Positions 9,409 to 18,580 of a stretch of DNA of 55,829 bases are shown piece by piece. A program made the translations under genes and the position numbers. Source of the DNA: Candidatus Aenigmatarchaeota archaeon (GTDB taxonomy: Archaea; Aenigmatarchaeota; Aenigmatarchaeia; CG10238-14; SCSR01); the NCBI GenBank assembly GCA_039090665.1, contig JAWCSL010000004.1, positions 1-55,829 of the forward strand, written 5' to 3'. A model generated the notes under the pieces. The model saw only the letters and a program-made list of their open reading frames with translations, was not told the origin of the DNA and did not search any database. Every line of letters starts with the position of its first letter. The first letter of the stretch is position 1.

Positions 9409-9430
9409 TGAAGAGTCTAAAGACTCTTCA
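9409..9430. promoter_or_regulatory. perfect palindrome directly before the primase start
   Basis: TGAAGAGTCT-AA-AGACTCTTCA, downstream of AAAAACTTATTTT promoter-like box. Confidence 0.55.
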
Positions 9431-10746
9431 TGATTGGTATGATAGAGTTTCAAAGAGTTTGGAATTGGTATTCTAGAGAATCTGTTCTTAAAGCTTTAGT
9501 GGAAGCTGCAAAGAATAGAGAAGTAGTTGCTGTTTATAGAGATGGAGTTTTTGGAAAAAGGCCAGATATGATTCAATATATGCAGGATGTTCTTCAATCA
9601 GTCGCTAAAGGTGCTATCTCTTTTCATGGTTCACTTGAAAGATGGCAACAGCCAATGAAGCTTGATGTCGGTTTAACCAGAGCCCAGCTTGATGCTTTGA
9701 GAATCGGATGGGATGTGTTGTTTGATATTGATGTTGATGATTTTGAAATTGCAAAGATTACTGTGAAACACTTGATAGAAGCCTTCAAAGATCATGGTGT
9801 CTCAAGCTATAGTGTTAAATTTACAGGAGGTTCTTCTTTCCACGTTGGCATACCTTTTGAAGCTTTACCAGAAAAAATTAATTCTCAACCAACTGCTGCT
9901 CAATATCCAGAAATTTTACAGAAGATAATAGAATATGTGAAGTGGTACATAAAAGATCAGTTGAAAGAAGAGATTTCCACTCTAGCAAAACCAGAGGAAA
10001 TTGCTAGTAGAATAGGAAAGCCTGTAAGAGAAATCACAGAAAATGGGGAAATTTCACCTTTCAAGATAATTTCTATGGATATTTTTGGCTCAAGGCATTT
10101 GTTTAGACTTCCTTACAGTTTACATGAAAAAACTTTGAATGTAAGCTTGCCTATAAAGCCTGAATATGTGGAAAAATTTGAAATTCAACAAGCCTCACCA
10201 GAAAAAGCCAAAGTTGAAGAGAAATTCTTGGTTCCTAAATCAAGCCTACATGATGCTGAAGTTCTTGTTATAGAAGCTTTGGACTGGAGCTCAAAACATT
10301 TAGTTGAAAGAAAAGAAGAAATTCCAAAACCTGTTTTAAAGAAAAAAATCAAAACCATACCAGAAGAATATTTCCCACCTTGTTTGAAGAATATTTTGCA
10401 AGGTTTAAATGATGGAAGGAAAAGAAGTCTTTTCGTTTTGATTAACTTCTTGAAGAATGTGGGTTGGAGCCTTGATAAAATTGAAAACAAAGTAATGGAG
10501 TGGAATTCAAAGAATGTACCTCCTTTGAGAAACAGCTACTTGAGAACTCAACTCAGGTGGCACTTCAGACAAGAAAGGAATTTACTACCACCAAACTGCG
10601 ATAATGAGAATTTTTACAAAGCAATAGGAATTTGTAAGCCAGACGAATTTTGTACTAACAAAAGCGATAAAATTACGATAAAGAATCCTGTAAACTATCC
10701 TTTCAAGAGGTTGAAGATAAAGAAAAAGAGAAGGAAAAAGAGTTAA
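9430..10746 (+). CDS. fused DNA primase PriS-PriL (DPANN type)
   Basis: WDVLFDID and FTGGSSFH (PriS); FPPC..DGRKR..PPNC..C..C (PriL C-terminal domain). Confidence 0.92.
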   Translation: MIGMIEFQRVWNWYSRESVLKALVEAAKNREVVAVYRDGVFGKRPDMIQYMQDVLQSVAKGAISFHGSLERWQQPMKLDVGLTRAQLDALRIGWDVLFDIDVDDFEIAKITVKHLIEAFKDHGVSSYSVKFTGGSSFHVGIPFEALPEKINSQPTAAQYPEILQKIIEYVKWYIKDQLKEEISTLAKPEEIASRIGKPVREITENGEISPFKIISMDIFGSRHLFRLPYSLHEKTLNVSLPIKPEYVEKFEIQQASPEKAKVEEKFLVPKSSLHDAEVLVIEALDWSSKHLVERKEEIPKPVLKKKIKTIPEEYFPPCLKNILQGLNDGRKRSLFVLINFLKNVGWSLDKIENKVMEWNSKNVPPLRNSYLRTQLRWHFRQERNLLPPNCDNENFYKAIGICKPDEFCTNKSDKITIKNPVNYPFKRLKIKKKRRKKS

Positions 10747-10771
10747 ATATCATTATTTTTGGTTTTATATT

Positions 10772-11320
10772 ATGACTGAAGAAACGATAACTTTTGAATT
10801 GATAAGAAAGATTCAAAGAGAAGAAGAGAGATCACCAAAACTCTCTAAATTGCCCGAAAATTTCTACCAGAATGTTAAGAACTATTTACAGCAAAAAAGA
10901 AAGATTTTGGAGAAAATGGTTGACAAGAAAGTTTCAATAGAACTGAAGAATGTGGAAAGGTTAGTTGAAGATATTTTTAACAGAAGAGAGAGAAAAATTG
11001 TGACACAAGCCATAAATTCGGCTAGGGTCGGACTGACGATAGAGAATTTGACTGATGAGGAGAGGGAGTTTTTTGAGAAAATTAAAGAAATGATAAAAGA
11101 AAGGAGAGAGAAAGTTTTGAAAGAGGTGATGGAAAAAGAAGAGGAAGAAAAAGAAACGGTGAGTATGGTTGTTTTTAAAGAAGCCGTTCCTGAGTTTGTT
11201 GGAGCTGATTTGAAGACTTATGGACCTTTTGAAAAGGGTGATATAGCCAAGATTCCAGAAGAAAATGCCAGGGTCTTGATTGAAAAGGGTTTGGCCGAAG
11301 AGTTCAAAATAAGCAAATGA
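10772..11320 (+). CDS. GINS subunit (Gins51/Gins15-like)
   Basis: LSKLPENFY, RRERKI, FVGADLKTYGPF. Confidence 0.9.
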   Translation: MTEETITFELIRKIQREEERSPKLSKLPENFYQNVKNYLQQKRKILEKMVDKKVSIELKNVERLVEDIFNRRERKIVTQAINSARVGLTIENLTDEEREFFEKIKEMIKERREKVLKEVMEKEEEEKETVSMVVFKEAVPEFVGADLKTYGPFEKGDIAKIPEENARVLIEKGLAEEFKISK

Positions 11321-11356
11321 GAAAATTATTTAAACTTTATTTTTCTAAACTTCAAT

Positions 11357-11608
11357 ATGAGAAGTTTAAAATCATTGCTTCAACAGGCGAAACATTTCCT
11401 ATCTTTAATTGGGGAAGAGCTAAAAAATCCCTTAGGAGAAATTAGTTTATATTGCGAGGTTTGTGGAAGTCTATATCAAATCAGTAAGGAAGAAAGAAAG
11501 AGATTGAATATAAAAACTGTTATGCCACCATCCTATGCTTTAAAGAATTGCTGGTGCCCAAAATGTGGCACAGTTTTTGGTGAAGGTCTTTATCTATACA
11601 AAGCCTGA
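11357..11608 (+). CDS. zinc-binding hypothetical protein
   Basis: CEVCG..CPKCG; inserted between GINS and rpl44e. Confidence 0.6.
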   Translation: MRSLKSLLQQAKHFLSLIGEELKNPLGEISLYCEVCGSLYQISKEERKRLNIKTVMPPSYALKNCWCPKCGTVFGEGLYLYKA

Positions 11609-11653
11609 AGAATAGTTAAAAATTTAAATTGATAGAAGATGTTAAATCTTTTT

Positions 11654-11938
11654 ATGAAATTCCCAAAATTACTCAAGACTTATTGCCCTTATTGTAAGAA
11701 GCATACTGAACATGAAGTTGAAACGGCCAAGAAGAGACCTAGAGGAAGTTTGAGCCATGGTCAAAGAATTTTCAAGAGAAAGATGAAGGGTTATGGAAGT
11801 TTCCCCAAAGAAAATCCAAAAGGAAGAGAAAAACCAACAAAAAAAATTGATTTGAGATTCAAGTGTAAAGTTTGCGGAAAGATGCATACAAGAGGTGAAG
11901 GTTGGCGTGCTAAAAAGTTTGAGTTGGTGAAGAAATGA
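11654..11938 (+). CDS. rpl44e: ribosomal protein eL42 (L44e)
   Basis: [24 protein letters not shown]. Confidence 0.96.
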   Translation: MKFPKLLKTYCPYCKKHTEHEVETAKKRPRGSLSHGQRIFKRKMKGYGSFPKENPKGREKPTKKIDLRFKCKVCGKMHTRGEGWRAKKFELVKK

Positions 11939-12129
11939 AGACCAAAAATCTCGTGACTTTACCTGAAAGCAAATTCTTGAGAATTCTCTGCCTTAAGTGC
12001 AAGAATGAGCAAGTGATCTTCAGCAAAGCGTCAACTCTTGTGAAATGCTTGAAGTGTGGGGAAGTTTTGGCTGAGCCTACTGGTGGAGAGGCAAGAATTA
12101 AAGGAAAAGTTTTGGAGAGGTTTGGTTAG
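11935..12129 (+). CDS. rps27e: ribosomal protein eS27
   Basis: [20 protein letters not shown]. Confidence 0.96.
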   Translation: MKTKNLVTLPESKFLRILCLKCKNEQVIFSKASTLVKCLKCGEVLAEPTGGEARIKGKVLERFG

Positions 12130-12363
12130 ATGGTTGAAGTTTTGGAATTAATTGCAAAATATTCTCAAAGTAGAGCCAAAGATTGCTACAAAGAAATAGG
12201 CGAGAGTATGCAAGATGAAATAAGGAACAAGCTCAAAAATATGAACTCAAAGTTGCTCATAAATATTTTTAACCAAGTTGCATTCAATCAAAAAGTTCCC
12301 CCAGAAATAAGAAAAGAAGTGATCTTTGAATATTATCATAGAGGTGGCAAAATAATTTTTTAA
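12130..12363 (+). CDS. hypothetical protein
   Basis: 77-aa ORF abutting rps27e. Confidence 0.55.
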   Translation: MVEVLELIAKYSQSRAKDCYKEIGESMQDEIRNKLKNMNSKLLINIFNQVAFNQKVPPEIRKEVIFEYYHRGGKIIF

Positions 12364-12439
12364 CTTAAAACCGTAAAGTTTTTAAATAAGTTTGGTAGAT
12401 ATATTTTTAGGGTTTAAATAATCTAAATTTGGTGATGGT

Positions 12440-12865
12440 ATGTGGGAAGATCCTTGGGATGAGTTTGAAAGGATGAGAAAAAGGTTAAACTTCCTGATGA
12501 GAAGAATGTGGTTGCCTTTAGAAGAAGAGCTAGAAGCTTTCAGAAGCTTTCCTGTAGATATAAGTGAAACAGACGATGAGGTTATAGTTAAGGCAGATTT
12601 GCCAGGTTTTGAAAAAACAGATGTTTCTATAAGAGCAACAGAAAACACTTTAGAAATTGAAGCCCAGCAAAAGGAGAAGAAGATTGAAAAAACAGAAAGG
12701 ATGTTCAGGGCTGAGAGAAGAGTAGGAGCTGTGAGAAGATTTTTGACTTTACCTGTTCCCGTTGATTATGAGAATGCAAAAGCTGAAATGAAGAACGGTG
12801 TATTAACAATAATTTTACCTAAGAAGATAAAGAAGAAAGCTGGAAAAGAAATTAAAATTGAATAG
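12440..12865 (+). CDS. hsp20: small heat shock protein Hsp20
   Basis: [21 protein letters not shown]; C-terminal IKIE. Confidence 0.95.
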   Translation: MWEDPWDEFERMRKRLNFLMRRMWLPLEEELEAFRSFPVDISETDDEVIVKADLPGFEKTDVSIRATENTLEIEAQQKEKKIEKTERMFRAERRVGAVRRFLTLPVPVDYENAKAEMKNGVLTIILPKKIKKKAGKEIKIE

Positions 12866-12875
12866 GATGATGAGT

Positions 12876-12986
12876 ATGGCAGGAGAAAAAAATGATCTGC
12901 CAAAGCCTGAAGGAATTTGTAAATTTTGTAAGAAACCTGTATACAAGGATATAGCAAAACATGAGCTTATTTGCCAGTTTAAATGA
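12876..12986 (+). CDS. 36-aa C2HC zinc-finger microprotein (not in ORF track)
   Basis: MAGEKNDLPKPEGICKFCKKPVYKDIAKHELICQFK; CxxC-x10-HxxxC. Confidence 0.6.
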   Translation: MAGEKNDLPKPEGICKFCKKPVYKDIAKHELICQFK

Positions 12987-13039
12987 GAGAAATTTCAAAA
13001 AAACACACAAACCAATATTTTTGAAACACTTTTTAATTT

Positions 13040-13100
13040 GACCATTTTTTAGCAAATCATTTCCTATCTTGCCTGCATCACCAATTATTGCTACTTTTAT
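13040..13100 (-). pseudogene. prephenate dehydrogenase (tyrA) 5' relic
   Basis: (ATA)KVAIIGDAGKIG Rossmann-like start overlapping the aminotransferase stop. Confidence 0.6.
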
Positions 13101-14164
13101 GAGAAAGTCTTCGCAATTTTTTCCATTCCCTCTAAGATTTCATTTTCTGGTACAGTATAAGCAATTCTGAAATAGTTTCTGTAATTTCCAAAAGCTGTAC
13201 CTGGAGTGATGGCGACTCCTTTTTCTAAAAGTTCAAGAGCAATTTTTTCAGAATCTTGGCCGCAAAAAGGAAAAACATAAAAAGGAGCATCAGGCCTAGA
13301 AAATTTCAATTTTGTTTTTGAAAGAGCTTTGCAGACAATTTCACACCTTTTCTTGTAAATAGCTTTCATAGTTTTTACTATTTTATCTTTTTCTTCTAAC
13401 GCTTTTACCCCAGCATCTTGAATGAAGATTGGAACATTTGTTATAGTGAGTTGGTTTAGCTTTACAATTTTTTCTATCAGTTGTTTCTCTAAAATAGCAA
13501 ATCCTAGTCGCCAACCACTCATGGCAAATGTTTTTGAAAAAGTGTTCACCATTATGTGATTTAAGCTAAAATCTAAGATGCTTTTAGCTTTCTTGAAACT
13601 TAGTTCTAGATAGGCTTCATCCGAAAGTATTTTGATGTTTTTCTTTTCAGCTAGTTCAACAATTTCAGCAAAAGTCTTCTCGTCTATCACTTTACTTGTT
13701 GGATTGTTTGGACTGTTGAGAATTATTAGCTTAGTGTTGCTATCTATCATCTCTTCTAGTTTGTTTAAATCGATTTTCCAGTTGGAATTCAAGTCTGTGT
13801 GAAGAAATCTAGGCTCGGCATCAATCTCTTTGGCTATAAGCTCGTAAGCTGTCCAATGAGGAGATATTATTATCACATTTCCTCTTCTTGCCACAACATT
13901 CATTATGGTGAAAATCAACCATTTAGAACCAGGGGAAATAATAACATTCTCTGGTTTGACATGGTATTCTTCTGCTATTTTTTCTCTTAAGTTTTTCTCA
14001 CCATATGCAGAACCGTATTTTGTTCTTCCCTTCTTCATAGCTTCAAATGCTGCCTGGATTATTTTTTCATCAGTTTTTTGGTCTGGATCACCAACATTGA
14101 ATTTAATTATTTTCTTTCCCTTGTTTTCCATTTCTCTAACTTTTTCAGCTATTTCATAAAGCAT
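13097..14164 (-). CDS. class I/II PLP aminotransferase (aspartate/aromatic)
   Basis: NSPNNPTS, SDEAY, FSKTFAMSGWRLG; TAATG overlap with pheA. Confidence 0.93.
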   Translation of the reverse strand: MLYEIAEKVREMENKGKKIIKFNVGDPDQKTDEKIIQAAFEAMKKGRTKYGSAYGEKNLREKIAEEYHVKPENVIISPGSKWLIFTIMNVVARRGNVIIISPHWTAYELIAKEIDAEPRFLHTDLNSNWKIDLNKLEEMIDSNTKLIILNSPNNPTSKVIDEKTFAEIVELAEKKNIKILSDEAYLELSFKKAKSILDFSLNHIMVNTFSKTFAMSGWRLGFAILEKQLIEKIVKLNQLTITNVPIFIQDAGVKALEEKDKIVKTMKAIYKKRCEIVCKALSKTKLKFSRPDAPFYVFPFCGQDSEKIALELLEKGVAITPGTAFGNYRNYFRIAYTVPENEILEGMEKIAKTFS

Positions 14165-14982
14165 TAAGACCACTTCGGATATGAGCCCAAAATTTTAACA
14201 AAATTCGAGTTTTTTCTTAGAAGTTTAATTGCTTCTTTTACTTTCTTCTCACTTCTGTGACCTTCAAAATCAAGGAAGAAATTGTATTCCCAAGGTTTGC
14301 CAATTATTGGTCTAGATTCAATTTTAGTCAAATTGATTTTATTTTTGGCAAATCCTTCAAGACACTTGAATAGAGCACCTGGAACATGTTTTGTTGAGAA
14401 CATTAAAGATGTTTTATCATTGCCAGTGTATTTTGAGTCTTTGATTGATATGATGAAGAAGCGTGTGAAATTGTTTTTGTTAGTTTCTATTCCCTTTGCC
14501 AATATTTTCATGCCATAAATTTTGGCTGCACGTTCGCTTGCTATTGCACCAGAATCTCTCAAGCCTTGTTCTTTTAACATCTTAACACTCCCTGCAGTAT
14601 CATAAGTTGGAATCAAATTACACTTCAATTTTTCTAAAAATTGTCTACATTGACCCAAAGCTTGAGGATGAGAGTAAACATTCTTAATAGATTTGATTTT
14701 AGTTCCGGGGAGAGCAATGAGACAATGGTTTATTCTTAAGATGGTTTCGCCCTTTATCTTGAGGTTTGTAGAAAACAACAAATCATATGTTTGCCCTATT
14801 GTACCTTCAATGGAGTTTTCCACGGGCACTACACCAAAATCAGCTTCACCATTTTCAACTTTCTGGAAAACTTCTGATAAACTCTTACAAGATATTGTAA
14901 ATATATGATTGCCAAAGAATTGAAAAGCAGCGTCTTCACTATATGCTCCAACTTCGCCTTGAAAAGCAACTTTGATTTTCAT
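14164..14982 (-). CDS. pheA: prephenate dehydratase with ACT domain
   Basis: FQGEVGAYS, PVENSIEG, SHPQALGQC, NFTRF, ESRP. Confidence 0.96.
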   Translation of the reverse strand: MKIKVAFQGEVGAYSEDAAFQFFGNHIFTISCKSLSEVFQKVENGEADFGVVPVENSIEGTIGQTYDLLFSTNLKIKGETILRINHCLIALPGTKIKSIKNVYSHPQALGQCRQFLEKLKCNLIPTYDTAGSVKMLKEQGLRDSGAIASERAAKIYGMKILAKGIETNKNNFTRFFIISIKDSKYTGNDKTSLMFSTKHVPGALFKCLEGFAKNKINLTKIESRPIIGKPWEYNFFLDFEGHRSEKKVKEAIKLLRKNSNFVKILGSYPKWS

Positions 14983-15257
14983 TTTTTGGCCCCTTGAATT
15001 TTTCTAGCATATTCAATTAAGATTTTCATTATTTTTTCAGCAATTTTAGGATCCACTTTCATTTTTTCAGCAATTTTTCTAGAATTTTCCAAAACTTCTT
15101 TCTCTCTTTTTCTATCAACAACTTTCATTCCGAGTTTCTTCTTTGCTAAACCTATTTCTTTTACAAGTTTGTTTCTTTCAGCAATCAGATAAATTATCTT
15201 TTCATTTATTCTATCTATTTTTTTTCTGTTTTTTTCGATTACATTCTTTGGATTCAT
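14979..15257 (-). CDS. chorismate mutase (AroQ type)
   Basis: RKKIDRINEKII.LIAER..IG..K..DRKRE. Confidence 0.88.
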   Translation of the reverse strand: MNPKNVIEKNRKKIDRINEKIIYLIAERNKLVKEIGLAKKKLGMKVVDRKREKEVLENSRKIAEKMKVDPKIAEKIMKILIEYARKIQGAKK

Positions 15258-15306
15258 TCAAATAATTAATTCCGATTATTAATTATTAAATCCCTTTTGT
15301 TGAAAC

Positions 15307-16293
15307 TCAAACAGGAAGGAAGATGCTTGCTACACTGAAATAAATTGCTAAAGTAGTTATATCGCTAAGCAAAGTTGCAAAAGGTCCAGCAGCGAAGGCA
15401 GGGTCTATTTTCATTTTTTTTAAGATTATGGGCAAGAAAGTTGAAATCAAAGTTCCTGCCATTATGCCTAAGAACATTGAAAAGCCAACAACCCAAGCTA
15501 TTGAAAGCTTTCTTTCCCAACCTATAATTTCAAAAATTGCTAAAAGCAATCCACAAATAAATGCAAGATAAAGTGCTACTAAAATCTCTCTTTTTACCCA
15601 TCTTTTAATAGAAAGTTTTGGATCTAAAGCAAATCCACGAACTATAAGAGTTTCTGATTGAGTACCTGCAGCGTCGCTCACATAAACAAGAACTGGAATA
15701 AAAGATGCCAACACCAAATATTGGCTTAACACGCTTTCAAAGAAACTGACTATCATTGCAGCTATTGCTCCACCGAAAATACCAAAAATAAGCCATGGTA
15801 TTCTCCTCTTGACCATTTTGGCTGGAGGATCGTTTATTGTGTGAAATTCTTGACCAACTTTATGAAAAATTCCTCCAAACTTGAAAATATCTTCTCTTAC
15901 TTCTTGATTAAAAATTTGAAGAATTGTATCGTAAGGTATCACACCAAGAAAATGTTTTTCTTTATCAACAACAGGCATCATCTTTATGCCATGAGAAAGG
16001 GCCAAATAAACAACTCTTTCTTGATTGGTGAAAGGATAAACATAAACCACATCTTTCTTCATCACTTCTTCTATTGGTTTGTTTTTCTTAACTTCAAAAA
16101 GTTCTTTGATTGATAACACTCCTTTCAACACATTTTCTTCATCCACAACAAAAATGTAATCGATTGTTGCAAATTTCTTTGTTTTTTTGGATATGAATTT
16201 CTTAACATCATTTACACTATCACCAACTTTCACTACAGGAACTTCTGTTATCATACATCTTCCAGCTGCTTTTGGAGGGAATCTTTTCTGCAT
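15307..16293 (-). CDS. mgtE: MgtE-family Mg2+ transporter (CBS pair plus membrane domain)
   Basis: AGRCMIT, RRIPWL, GTQS, DPAFAAGPFAT. Confidence 0.9.
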   Translation of the reverse strand: MQKRFPPKAAGRCMITEVPVVKVGDSVNDVKKFISKKTKKFATIDYIFVVDEENVLKGVLSIKELFEVKKNKPIEEVMKKDVVYVYPFTNQERVVYLALSHGIKMMPVVDKEKHFLGVIPYDTILQIFNQEVREDIFKFGGIFHKVGQEFHTINDPPAKMVKRRIPWLIFGIFGGAIAAMIVSFFESVLSQYLVLASFIPVLVYVSDAAGTQSETLIVRGFALDPKLSIKRWVKREILVALYLAFICGLLLAIFEIIGWERKLSIAWVVGFSMFLGIMAGTLISTFLPIILKKMKIDPAFAAGPFATLLSDITTLAIYFSVASIFLPV

Positions 16294-16337
16294 AAAATAG
16301 AAATTGTGTTTATCTTTATAAATAACAAGATGTTTTT

Positions 16338-17366
16338 TTATCTTGTGAAGTTTATTCCTTCAACTTCTATTCTTCTATTTGTTTTATCGATTGAAAACTT
16401 GCAACCCAAAATTTTTTCACAAACCGAAATGTTTGAAGTACAATGTTGAGTTATTTCTTCAACAGTAATAGAAGATTTTCCATGAGCCAAAGCTAAGAAA
16501 GGTATTATTTGATCTGCCATGAATTTATCCAAAGCTGCTTTAGATTCAATTGATTTTATCAAGGCTTGAGCTGCTTCTTTTCCTATTTCTTCTGCCTTCA
16601 CTCCTTTTTTACCCAAATTATCAGAACCCAAAATAGAATTTTCAGTCTCGGCCCAGAGCGTGATTGAAGTACCTTGAGAATAGGTTGGAGTTGAGTAATA
16701 TTTGATATCAATGTTTTCTGTTAATTTTTTCAATGTTTCTTTTGCAGCTTCAGCTTGTCTGAAAGCTACAGATTCGGGCAAGCTTCCAGCAACAGAAATC
16801 CCTTTTATCGACAAAACTTTTCCTGGATTTGTTAGGTTTATGTAAGTCAAAAGCTTCACAGGCTCAAAAGTTATTCTTACTCTTCCCCCACCTCTAGGAT
16901 AAAAACCTTGTTTCAAAATTTCTATTTTTGGTAAAGGAAGACCAAGCTTGTTTAAAATAGGGAATGTAACATATTGAGTAAATTCTATTGTTGGTGAACC
17001 TAAGCCTGCAGTACCACCAATTATTTCAAGTGTAATTTTCTTGTCAGCAAAAGTTAGCATTGGAGTTAAAGTTTGTAAAAGTAGAGAAATGCTACCGGCC
17101 GTGCCAATATCTATTGTTTTGTCTTTGACATTAAACTTTCTTGGTCTGAATTCAATTTCCATTGAACCATATTCCAGACCTGAGACTTCTGCATCACAAA
17201 ATTCTGCTGCTACTTTTATTCCAGTCAAATGCTGAGGCATCAAGCCTGGTTTTGGTCTTGAGGCTCTGATGTTTATGACTTTTACTGGTTTGAGAGTCAA
17301 GGCTGACAAAGCTATTGAAGTTCTCAAAACTTGGCCCCAACCTTCTGAGCCGTCTATCAAAATCAT
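16338..17366 (-). CDS. rtcA: RNA 3'-terminal phosphate cyclase
   Basis: IDGS..GQVLR, RPKPGL..QH, GFYPRGGG, ADQI; start corrected to 17366. Confidence 0.94.
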   Translation of the reverse strand: MILIDGSEGWGQVLRTSIALSALTLKPVKVINIRASRPKPGLMPQHLTGIKVAAEFCDAEVSGLEYGSMEIEFRPRKFNVKDKTIDIGTAGSISLLLQTLTPMLTFADKKITLEIIGGTAGLGSPTIEFTQYVTFPILNKLGLPLPKIEILKQGFYPRGGGRVRITFEPVKLLTYINLTNPGKVLSIKGISVAGSLPESVAFRQAEAAKETLKKLTENIDIKYYSTPTYSQGTSITLWAETENSILGSDNLGKKGVKAEEIGKEAAQALIKSIESKAALDKFMADQIIPFLALAHGKSSITVEEITQHCTSNISVCEKILGCKFSIDKTNRRIEVEGINFTR

Positions 17367-17403
17367 ATTAAAACTTTTATTTTTGGGAATTAAAATAAAA
17401 AAT

Positions 17404-18576
17404 ATGAAAAAATTATTGGTGTTTTTTGTTTTTGGCTTGATTTTTTTCTCAAGGGTTGCCCTATCTGAAGAATATGGTAAGAAAAAATGTAGTTTTCTTT
17501 GGTTCACTTATGAATGTTCGATATGTGAAGATTGTTTTGGATGGTGGTGTGTTCCGAGAAATGGGCCACCAGATGTCAAAGGTTTTACTGTCTACGGTAA
17601 ATGCTGCCAAGATGGAAAGTTGGTAGATATTCCACAATATACATGTGAGCCCGCAGAATCAAAATATTTTTATTACAAAATGGAGAATGCTTGCTCTCCT
17701 GGACTTGGTGTAATAAAAAAACTGAAAGTTCTCTTACCTTGTCCTAGTGGCCAAGTGTTTTCAGGTGACACTTCATGTAGAATGCCTTGCGTACTTGAAT
17801 CTAAAGATATAACTGCTGCAAAACCTAGTACAGCTACCACTTCTTCTACCACAACTACTATTAAATTGCCTCCTACCACAACAACCACTCTACCCCTAAT
17901 AACCACTACAACTGTTTTAGAACCAACCACTACCACTTTACCATTTTCCACAACAACCACAACTCTACCGCTCCCAACTACAACAGTTCCAACCACAACT
18001 CCAACCACTACTATTCCAAATGTTCTTCCATTCGATTGCACTAATCATGCTCAATGTTCTCAAGCTTGTACAAGCTTGTGCCCTGCTAATGTCTATGGTT
18101 GTTGCTATGGTTGTAAGCTTGGCCAGTGCATTAACAGCAAATGCCAGTGCGTGGATGCAGTAAGCTATTGTTCAGGCACTCCGAACTATCAAGTTGGTGA
18201 TAAATGTGTAAAAGAAAAGTCGACAACCACTACCACACTTACTACCACGACTAAACCAACAACCACCACTACTCCATATCCAACCACCACAACTTCCACA
18301 ACAACTACTATTAAATTGCCTTCTACCACCACAACCTTACCATCTTACACACCTTGTCCTTCAGGCTATAGCTGCGTTCCAAGCTACGGTGTTTCAAACT
18401 TTTGTCAAGGTTGTGGGTATAGTGGAATGAGGTGTGATTGTCAAGGTCAAACAAAAGCTTGCAATCAAAACGGTGACAACTACTGTTGCAGATGTGTCAG
18501 ATATAGTTCTCAACCAATCCCAGCCGGAATTTTAAGCAGCTTGTGGGACTTCATCAAAAACCTTCTAAGAATTTAA
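17404..18576 (+). CDS. secreted Cys-rich, Thr/Pro-rich (mucin-like) surface protein
   Basis: Signal peptide MKKLLVFFVFGLIFF; Cys-rich domains separated by poly-Thr linkers; amphipathic C-terminal LWDFIKNLLRI. Confidence 0.85.
   Translation: MKKLLVFFVFGLIFFSRVALSEEYGKKKCSFLWFTYECSICEDCFGWWCVPRNGPPDVKGFTVYGKCCQDGKLVDIPQYTCEPAESKYFYYKMENACSPGLGVIKKLKVLLPCPSGQVFSGDTSCRMPCVLESKDITAAKPSTATTSSTTTTIKLPPTTTTTLPLITTTTVLEPTTTTLPFSTTTTTLPLPTTTVPTTTPTTTIPNVLPFDCTNHAQCSQACTSLCPANVYGCCYGCKLGQCINSKCQCVDAVSYCSGTPNYQVGDKCVKEKSTTTTTLTTTTKPTTTTTPYPTTTTSTTTTIKLPSTTTTLPSYTPCPSGYSCVPSYGVSNFCQGCGYSGMRCDCQGQTKACNQNGDNYCCRCVRYSSQPIPAGILSSLWDFIKNLLRI
17820..18345 (+). repeat. two Thr-codon-rich tracts with an internal duplication
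   Basis: CAACTACTATTAAATTGCCT present at ~17850 and ~18302 (TTTTIKLP). Confidence 0.75.
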
Positions 18577-18580
18577 TTTC

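Noticed and set aside
9400-9445. Possible second BHB intron at the primase start
   Set aside because: A hairpin is present, but no 3-4-3 bulge-helix-bulge geometry can be built.
17269-17507. Apparent long head-to-head overlap of rtcA and the surface protein
   Set aside because: The likely starts are 17366 (-) and 17404 (+), so there is no overlap.
17673-18041. Val-rich minus-strand ORF
   Set aside because: Antisense shadow of Thr codons.
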